Source: Flectonema sp. DT1601
Lineage: Eukaryota
Length of the DNA: 64,000 nt
Assembly: GCA_964019425.1 (NCBI GenBank)
Contig: OZ025783.1
Coordinates: 434,001-498,000 of the forward strand
Direction of reading: 5' to 3'
Part shown: positions 55,196 to 64,000 of the stretch, in pieces
Numbering within the stretch: the first letter of the stretch is position 1
How the letters are laid out: each line of letters opens with the position of its first letter
Made by a program: the position numbers and the translations under genes
The notes under the pieces: generated by a model
What the model was told of the DNA's origin: nothing
Database searches by the model: none
Seen by the model: only the letters and a program-made list of their open reading frames with translations

Positions 55196-57062
55196 TAGTA
55201 GAGACCACCAATGTTGTAGGCAAGGTGACCAACCTTGACATTCTTTCTTTTCTCTCCTGTTGTGACAAACACAAAATACACACACAGCTTACAGTGTGTT
55301 CTTTGTGTATGTTTTCTTCAGGTGTGAGTAGTTTTTTTGTTCTTGCTCTTCAGGGAGGGCCTTAGCCAAAAGCTAACAGTCCAAATCTCACCTGGAAATT
55401 CAACTCAGTCTTTGTCAGTTTTGGCATCAAACTTGTAATGGTTTAATCATTACAGGTTATTTACTGAAATATTTGTTCTAAAAGTTGCTAAGTATTTCTC
55501 ACTTAGAAATTTTTTATTTTTTTATTTTCAGCTTAATTAGCTACAAATTGTTTCTACTAAGTGTTTCTCACTTAGTTTTTTTTTTTGCTTTTCAGCTCCT
55601 TAAAAGCTGCTAAGTGTTTCTGCTAAGTGTTTCTCACTTAGAATTTTATTTTTATGTTCGTTTTCTATCCCTTCTCCTATCCCTTTTGTTCAAAATAAGC
55701 GGGAGGAATTCTCTCATTCACGCTAAGATGCACTCTGAACTTTGATTTTTTGATCTGAGTGTGAGGGAATGACCTGTTAGTGCATTGGGCATAGGCTGGG
55801 CTGCAGTTTAGATGTCTTAGGTGTTAATAGGGGGTTCCTCTTAGCATTTTTCTTTGTTCCCACCTTATGATTTTCTTGAAGAAAAAAAATAGAAGTCATA
55901 ATGGTGCTTCCCTCTGGAAGGGTTGTAAGCCATGGTGTCCAACTAAATTAAAGGACAAGTCTGGGATAATCCCTGCCAGAGGGGCGAGTATTCTACCATG
56001 GTTGAAATACTCTGGCAACTGATCTTCAATTTTATGTTGTTTGTTAGCTGCTGGTGTATCTTGATTATGTGTTGATACTTGCATTTTTTTATTTGTAATC
56101 TTCTATTACAATCCTCTTTCTGTTCTGGTCTGTTACTTCATGTGTCTTGTATAACTTCAGTTACTGCAACTGGAAATATTACTGCGCTGAATAATTACTG
56201 CGGGGAAATATTACTGCGCGGAAAAATTAGTGCGGTTTTTTTGAGAAAAGATTAGTGCGGTTTTTTCCACTTGGTGGTAGAAAAAAATTTGGTTGCTTTT
56301 TTGCTGTGTAAGGAACCAGCAGAAAAATGCAGCTGGAGAAAAAATCACTTCTGAGCAGAAATATTAGTGCGGTGGAAATATTACTGCGTGGAAAAATTAG
56401 TGCGGTTTTTTGCAGATTTGGAAATTAGTGCGGTTTTTTCCGCGCAGTAATATTTCCAGTTGCAGTATATCCATTTTACTTTTTATTGTTTCCCTACTTT
56501 TTATTTTCTATTAGTTCTGGTCAGAAACTCCTGGGCAGCAAGAAGGAAAGTAGTTGAGTACTTCTGGGTGTTTGGCATCACCCCCCATAGTGAGCAAGTA
56601 CAACAGGTAGCATTGGTAGTCTGTTGATCCTGAGTGATCCCAGCTACAGTTTTGTTTTTCTTTCTTTTTTTTAGAAGAAGATCAGGACATCCAAGCACTG
56701 CTGGATAGTTGCTGAATGCAGGGCCTGCCTGTGGCATTATAATAACAGGCTAAGTCATTTGTAGTTCATAGTTTACCTTTGATTTTATAACTTCACATAG
56801 GTACTATGAACGATGAGAGATCCAGTGGGATCACTCAGGGTCTAGTAGAGACCACCAATGTTGTGCGTTGATAGGCAAGGTGACCAACCTTGACATTCTT
56901 TCTTTTCTCTCCTGTTGTGACAAACACAAAATACACACACAGCTTACAGTGTGTTCTTTGTGTATGTTTTCTTCAGGTGTGAGTAGTTTTTTTGTTCTTG
57001 CTCTTCAGGGAGGGCCTTAGCCAAAAGCTAACAGTCCAAATCTCACCTGGAAATTCAACTCA
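55196..57062. mobile_element. direct-repeat-bounded element, copy 2 (carries the MITE)
   Basis: Homologous to 44180-45754. The left repeat lacks 8 bp (gcgttgat). Confidence 0.7.
56164..56465. mobile_element. 302-bp Tc1/mariner-type MITE with TA target duplication
   Basis: Perfect 24-bp TIR CTGCAACTGGAAATATTACTGCGC, with TA at 56162-56163 and 56466-56467. Empty site cagtTAtatcc at ~45151-45161 and (inverted) at ~63208-63218. Internal ATTA(C/G)TGCG subrepeats. Confidence 0.95.
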
Positions 57063-58017
57063 AAAACAAGATCAGCTCAGCTTGATCGTTAAACTTTTTT
57101 TATTTATTTATTTTTTTTTTTTTTTTATTTAAACTGATTGTATTTATATCTGGTTATTTTTCTCAACGATCGGCTATGCCGATCGACCTTTAAAATAATT
57201 GTCTTCTTCTTCTCGACGACCAGATCCAATTGATCGACCTTTTCTTTTTTTTTCCTTTATTCCTTCCATCCCTCCCGCTCCCCTTATTTTAATAAAAACA
57301 AGATCAGCTCAGCTTGATCGTTATTTATTTATTTATTTATATTTTTTTTTTTTTTTGTTGGTCCTAGTCAAGACCTTAAACTGACTAATCGGTCTTAACT
57401 TTAACTAAGTGAATGAACCCTTTCCGTTTTCCTTTTCCCTTTATTACTCTCTATCTGGTCTGTTATGTCATAAATCTCATTTAATTTTATCATTCATTTT
57501 AATTTTCACTGTTTCCCATCTACATTTTATTTTCAAATAGTTCCGGTCTGTCTCTGATGATAAATAAAACTGATCATGTTAACTCAATATTTTTTTTTAT
57601 TATGTGCAAGAGATACCAACACGCAAGAGATACCAACGCACATACGAGATACCAGCACTTCCGAGATACCGACACACAAGAGATACCAAGACACTTAAGA
57701 TACCAGCAAGGACAGTGAGAGGTAGAATGAACTCTCCTCCTTGTGTCCGATCCTGATTATTTTTTGTTGAATTGGTAGTGTTACCTCATTTTGCTACTCT
57801 CGTATCTGTGTTGTGTTAACTCATGTAAGTGATCTTAACTCCTGTTAAATAAAAAATAAAATTTCAAAAAAAAAGAAATTAAAAAAGAAGAATTTTCAAA
57901 TGAAGTTATATCAACCCCTGCCACCCATTATGATCAATTCCGCTTGTTTTTTTTTTTTTTTTTTTTTTCTTCTTTCTTTTCTTCAAATATAAAAAAAAAA
58001 TTAAAAAATATAAAAGA

Positions 58018-60983
58018 TGAAACAATGTTATCATTGTTTTTTTTATCGATCGACTATGTCGATTACTTCCAGTTTTCCGTCCTGGTCAAGACGCTAAACT
58101 GATTGTTTTTTTTTTTTTTTTAAAAAATTAATAAAAAGAATATAAAAAAAAAAAAAAAAAGAATAAACAATGTTATCATTGTTTTTTTTTATCGTTCGAC
58201 TTTGTCGACTAATTTCTATTTTCCGTTTCTTTTCTTTAAATAATAAATAAAAAGAATTTAAAATAAAAAAAAATAATAAACAATGTTATCATTGTTTTTT
58301 TATCGATCGACTATGTCGATTACTTTCTATTTTCCGTCCTGGTCAAGACGCTAAACTGATTGTTTTTTTTTTCAAAATTAATAAAAAAGAATATAAAAAA
58401 AAAAAAAAAAAAAAAAGAATAAACAATGTTATCATTGTTTTTTTTTATTGTTCGACTTTGTTGACTAATTTCTATTTTCCGTTTTTTTTCTTTAAAAAAT
58501 AAATAAAAAGAATTTAAAATAAATAAAAAAGAATAAACAATGTTATCATTGTTTTTTTATCGATCGACTATGTCGATCACTTTCTATTTTCCGTCCTGGT
58601 CAAGACGCTAAACTGATTGTTTTTTTTTCAAAATTAATAAAAAAGAATATAAAAAAAAAAAAAAAAAAAAAAAGAATAAACAATGTTATCATTGTTTTTT
58701 TTATCGTTCGACTTTGTTGACTAATTTCTATTTTCCGTTTTTTTTTCTTTAAAAAATAAATAAAAAGAATTTAAAATAAAAAAAAAGAATAAACAATGTT
58801 ATCATTGTTTTTTTATCGATCGACTATGTCGATCACTTTCTATTTTCCGTCCTGGTCAAGACGCTAAACTGATTGTTTTTTTTTTCAAAATTAATAAAAA
58901 AGAATATAAAAAAAAAAAAAAAAAAAAAGAATAAACAATGTTATCATTGTTTTTTTTTTATCGTTCGACTTTGTCGACTAATTTCTATTTTCCGTTTCTT
59001 TTCTTTAAAGAATAAATAAAAAGAATTTAAAATAAAAAAAAAGAATAAACAATGTTATCATTGTTTTTTTATCGATCGACTATGTCGATCACTTTCTATT
59101 TTCCGTCCTGGTCAAGACGCTAAACTGATTGTTTTTTTTTTTCAAAATTAATAAAAAAGAATATAAAAAAAATAAAAAAAAAGGAAAAACAATGTTATCA
59201 TTGTTTTTTTTTATCGTTCGACTTTGTCGACTAATTTCTATTTTCCGTTTCTTTTCTTTAAAGAATAAATAAAAAGAATTTAAAATAAAAAAAAAGAATA
59301 AACAATGTTATCATTGTTTTTTTTATCGATCGACTATGTCGATTACTTCCAGTTTTCCGTCCTGGTCAAGACGCTAAACTGATTGTTTTTTTTTTTTTTT
59401 TAAAAAATTAATAAAAAGAATATAAAAAAAAAAAAAAAAAGAATAAACAATGTTATCATTGTTTTTTTTTATTGTTCGACTTTGTTGACTAATTTCTATT
59501 TTCCGTTTTTTTTCTTTAAAAAATAAATAAAAAGAATTTAAAATAAAAAAAAAGAATAAACAATGTTATCATTGTTTTTTTTTATCGATCGACTATGTCG
59601 ATTACTTTCTATTCTCCGTCCTGGTCAAGACGCTAAACTGATTGTTTTTTTTTTCAAAATAAAAAAAAAATATTAAAAAAAAAAAATAAAAAAAAAGAAT
59701 AAACAATGTTATCATTGTTTTTTTTTATCGTTCGACTTTGTTGACTAATTTCTATTTTCCGTTTTTTTTCTTTAAAAAATAAATAAAAAGAATTTAAAAA
59801 AAAAAAAAAAAAAAAGAATAAACAATGTTATCATTGTTTTTTTTATCGATCGACTATGTCGATTACTTTCTATTTTCCGTCCTGGTCAAGACGCTAAACT
59901 GATTGTTTTTTTTTCAAAATAAAAAAAAAAATATTAAAAAAAAAAAATAAAAAAAAAGAATAAACAATGTTATCATTGTTTTTTTTTTATCGTTCGACTT
60001 TGTTGACTAATTTCTATTTTCCGTTTTTTTTCTTTAAAAAATTAATAAAAAGAATTTAAAAAAAAAAAAAAAAAAAAAGAATAAACAATGTTATCATTGT
60101 TTTTTTTATCGATCGACTATGTCGATTACTTTCTATTTTCCGTCCTGGTCAAGACGCTAAACTGATTGTTTTTTTTTCAAAATTAATAAAAAAGAATATA
60201 AAAAAATACAAAAAAAAGAATAAACAATGTTATCATTGTTTTTTTTTATCGTTCGACTTTGTCGACTAATTTCTATTTTCCGTTTTTTTTTCTTTAAAAA
60301 ATAAATAAAAAGAATTTAAAATAAAAAAAAAAAAGAATAAACAATGTTATCATTGTTTTTTTTATCGATCGACTATGTCGATTACTTTCTATTTTCCGTC
60401 CTGGTCAAGACGCTAAACTGATTGTTTTTTTTTCAAAATTAATAAAAAAGAATATAAAAAAAATAAAAAAAAAAAGAATAAACAATGTTATCATTGTTTT
60501 TTTTTATCGTTCGACTTTGTTGACTAATTTCTATTTTCCATTTTTTTTCTTTTAAAAATAAATAAAAAGAATTAAAATAAAAAAAAAAAAAAGAATAAAC
60601 AATGTTATCATTGTTTTTTTTATCGATCGACTATGTCGATTACTTTCTATTTTCCGTCCTGGTCAGGACGCTAAACTGATTGTTTTTTTTTTTTTCTTTA
60701 AAAATAAATAAAAAGAATAAAAAAAAAAAAAAAAGGAATAAACAATGTTATCATTGTTTTTTTTTTATCGATCGACTATGTCGATTACTTACTATTTTCC
60801 GTCCTGGTCAAGACGCTAAACTGATTGTTTTTTCTTTAAAATAATTAAAAAGATTTAAAAAAAAAAAAAAAAAAAAAAAATGAATAAACAATGTTATCAT
60901 TGTTTTTTTTTCTATCAATCAACTATGTCGATTAATTTCTATTTTCCGTCCTGATCGAGACGCTAAACTGATTGTTTCCTTTT
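58018..60983. repeat. tandem array of the ~250-bp A/B dimer repeat (longer version)
   Basis: Same monomers as 46710-49420, about 255 bp longer. Confidence 0.96.
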
Positions 60984-61148
60984 TTTAAATAATAAATAAG
61001 AAAAAAAAAAAAAAAAAAAAAAAAGAGCATCTCCCTGCTATCCCTCATATCCCCACAATAATATTATACCTTTTCATTTTCTCTTTCCTTTTCTGGTCTT
61101 TTTTTTTTCTTTTTTTTCCTTTTTCATACAACGTTTTTTATTTATATA

Positions 61149-62256
61149 CCGTAATTATAAATATCATGGTGTATAAAAAGTCTCCAAATCAGCAAAAAAT
61201 GGCCAAATCCACCATCTTTATTATATCCAAAGTTTTTTTAGTACAATCATTCACAGAAAACACTTAGCAAAATTCGGATTCCAGAAAAAAAAAAATTTTT
61301 TTTTTGACCTTTTTCTTTTGACTTTGGTACTAAATTATCGACATTTTGAACTGGTTAAAGTTCTACAGGCTGGTCTTGTGTACCAACCTGGTGGGGGATT
61401 GATAACTAATGTTGAAGTTGCTTCCAGATACATATCAGGACAACATATCCACAAATAACGTTGTTGGTAGCTGGTTGCACACCAGTCTTAATGAATGATG
61501 TCAAAATTCCTAAAAGCAGCAAGTAGTAGTCTAGACGAGGCCAACTACAACTAAGGAGTTCTTCTCCAATCGTTGTAATACACCGAGGTATGAGGTGCGG
61601 TATTAAGAAACATGAACTCATATTCACAACTACAGACTTCAGGAGCTCGGGTGGATTTGCAGGATTGACAATACCTACTTTTATAAAACCAGCCATGATA
61701 GTATTTTTCGTAATACTATCAAGGGCTGTCACTAAAATTCATCCACCCAATTTGCGACTTCGTTTTTGTGAGCTCCTTCATCCATTTTGACATGGGTTCG
61801 GATTCAGGAGCTCCCTTTGGACCCTTCCCTTTCCCCTTCCCTTTCGCAGCGCGCTTTAAAGTTTCTATCAGCTTTTTGCTTTGATTTTTTCAACTTTTCC
61901 TCCCGCTTGCGCATCTGCTCTGTCATCCACTCACCAAGAAAGCTTGATGCTTCTTTGAAGTTGGCCATGACAGTTAGATCCAGCGGCCGGAGATGAGAAG
62001 TCCATCCGCCTTGCACCAGCATAACAGTGATATTGGCTTCTTCAAATCGACAAAGGACTTCTTCAGTTATCTGCCCCCTAAACTGGGCATATACTGCGAG
62101 GCCAGGGTGATCCGATTGGAGTGTTTTTTAGTTAGTTTAGATCCGATTGGAGCGTTTCTTAATAAAGTATGGGATTATTGCTCCAGAAACCTTGACCGAG
62201 CTGATAGGAGTTCTGCTTCAGGCGCTACTTTCGCAGTGGTTCCAAGACGGTATCCA
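61149..62256 (-). mobile_element. pogo-like transposon, copy 3, truncated
   Basis: Matches copies 1 and 2 up to GACGGTATCCA (62256), then switches to different sequence. Confidence 0.88.
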
Positions 62257-62345
62257 CGGTCCTAGTCAAGACCTTAAACTGACTAATCGGTCTTAACTTT
62301 AACTAAGTGAATGAACCCTTTCCGTTTTCCTTTTCCCTTTATTAG

Positions 62346-63991
62346 GTTGAATTTCCAGGTGAGATTTGGACTGTTAGCTTTTGGCTAAGGCCCTCCCTGA
62401 AGAGCAAGAACAAAAAAACTACTCACACCTGAAGAAAACATACACAAAGAACACACTGTAAGCTGTGTGTGTATTTTGTGTTTGTCACAACAGGAGAGAA
62501 AAGAAAGAATGTCAAGGTTGGTCACCTTGCCTATCAACGCACAACATTGGTGGTCTCTACTAGACCCTGAGTGATCCCACTGGATCTCTCATCGTTCATA
62601 GTACCCTGTGTGAGAGTTGAGTTTACCAGGTGAGATTTGGACTGTTAGCTTTTGGCTAAGGCCCTCCCTGAAGAGCAAGAACAAAAAAACTACTCACACC
62701 TGAAGAAAACATACACAAAGAACACACTGTAAGCTGTGTGTGTATTTTGTGTTTGTCACAACAGGAGAGAAAAGAAAGAATGTCAAGGTTGGTCACCTTG
62801 CCTATCAACGCACAACATTGGTGGTCTCTACTAGACCCTGAGTGATCCCACTGGATCTCTCATCGTTCATAGTACCCTGTGTGAAGTTATAAAATCAAAG
62901 GTAAACTATGAACTACAAATGACTTAGCCTGTTATTATAATGCCACAGGCAGGCCCTGCATTCAGCAACTATCCAGCAGTGCTTGGATGTCCTGATCTTC
63001 TTCTAAAAAAAAGAAAGAAAAACAAAACTGTAGCTGGGATCACTCAGGATCAACAGACTACCAATGCTACCTGTTGTACTTGCTCACTATGGGGGGTGAT
63101 GCCAAACACCCAGAAGTACTAAACTACTTTCCTTCTTGCTGCCCAGGAGTTTCTGACCAGAACTAATAGAAAATAAAAAGTAGATGGGAAACAATAAAAA
63201 GTAAAATGGATATAACTGAAGTTAAACAAGACAAATGAAGTAACAGACCAGAACAGAAAGAGAATTGTAATAGAAGATTACAAATAAGAAAATGCAAGTA
63301 TCAACACATAATCAAGATACACCAGCAGCTAACAAACAACATAAAATTGAAGATCAGTTGCCAGAGTATTTCAACCATGGTAGAATACTCGCCCCTCTGG
63401 CAGGGATTATCCCAGACTTGTCCTTTAATTTAGTTGGACACCATGGCTTACAACCCTTCCAGAGGGAAGCACCATTATGACTTCTATTTTTTTTCTTCAA
63501 GAAAATCATAAGGTGGGAACAAAGAAAAATGCTAAGAGGAACCCCTTATTAACACCTAAGACATCTAAACTGCAGCCCAGCTTATGCCCAATGCACTAAC
63601 AGGTCATTCCCTCACACTCAGATCAAAAAAATCAAAGTTCAGAGTGCATCTTAGCATGAATGAGAGAATTTCCTCCCGCTTTTTTTGAACAAAAGGGATA
63701 GGAGAAGGGATAGAAAACGAACATAACAATAAGATTCTAAGTGAGAAACACTTAGCAAAAATACTTAGCAGCTTTTAAGGAGCTGAAAAGCAAAAAAAAA
63801 AATCTAAGTGAGAAACACTTAGTAGAAACACTTTGTAGCTAATTGAGCTGAAAATAAAAAAATAAAAAAAATTTCTAAGTGAGAGATACTTAGCAACTTT
63901 TAGAACAAATATTTCAGTAAATAACCTGTTGAAATGGTAGTTAATGTAACCATTACAGGTTTGATGCCAATACTGACAAAGACTGAGTTGA
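62346..63991. mobile_element. inverted, slightly diverged copy of the direct-repeat-bounded element, with a ~270-bp terminal tandem duplication
   Basis: Reverse complement of ~44392-45751 (ORFs MPQAGPAF and MQVSTHNQ now on +). The terminal block occurs twice (~62346-62612, ~62613-62883). It lacks the MITE. Confidence 0.8.
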
Positions 63992-64000
63992 GCCCACTGA

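Larger units (their letters stand above)
48557..60119. repeat. composite tandem macro-repeat, copy 2 (11,563 bp)
   Basis: Offset to copy 3 is 11,563 (49843 matches 61406). The extra length comes from a +205-bp insertion, a +304-bp MITE, about one more A/B dimer and small indels. Confidence 0.95.

Noticed and set aside
37746..62256. rDNA, 5S or spliced-leader RNA tandem array as the identity of the 11-kb unit
   Set aside because: I found no recognisable rRNA, 5S or euglenozoan SL exon (e.g. CAGTTTCTGTACT) motif on either strand by eye. A covariance-model scan would be needed to exclude it fully.
62394..62425. Possible minimal hammerhead ribozyme core (CTGAAGAG...CAAAA) in the direct repeat
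   Set aside because: The required GAAA is absent unless a CpG decay is assumed, and convincing stems I and III could not be drawn.

Overview
Eukaryotic, AT-rich DNA, most plausibly a euglenozoan protist such as a diplonemid. This is inference from the eS1 N-terminus, the strictly co-oriented genes and the sparse short GT-AG introns. The left half (1-~29 kb) holds eight recognisable protein genes, all on the minus strand: ribosomal protein eS1/RPS3A, a receptor-type class III nucleotide-cyclase-like protein, a GDA1/CD39-like hydrolase, cystinosin, an OTU deubiquitinase, a BLM-like RecQ helicase, CDC40/PRP17 and a GOST/lung-7TM protein. Four of them carry one short intron that I resolved by hand and that restores the reading frame. 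Intergenic DNA contains an internally deleted piggyBac, a small foldback MITE and retroelement remnants. After a non-LTR RT fragment (~31-32 kb) no conventional gene is recognisable. A 4.5-kb array of a ~27-bp satellite is followed by about 2.2 copies of a composite ~11-kb tandem unit. Each unit contains a ~250-bp A/B dimer repeat array, a dead pogo transposon, more 27-bp satellite, an intron-patterned segment and a CpG-depleted element bounded by 220-bp direct repeats with no TSD. The copies differ by a new TA-MITE and a templated insertion with a 60-bp duplication, and the array ends in a breakpoint followed by an inversion. The region could be centromeric or heterochromatic, but that cannot be established from sequence alone.
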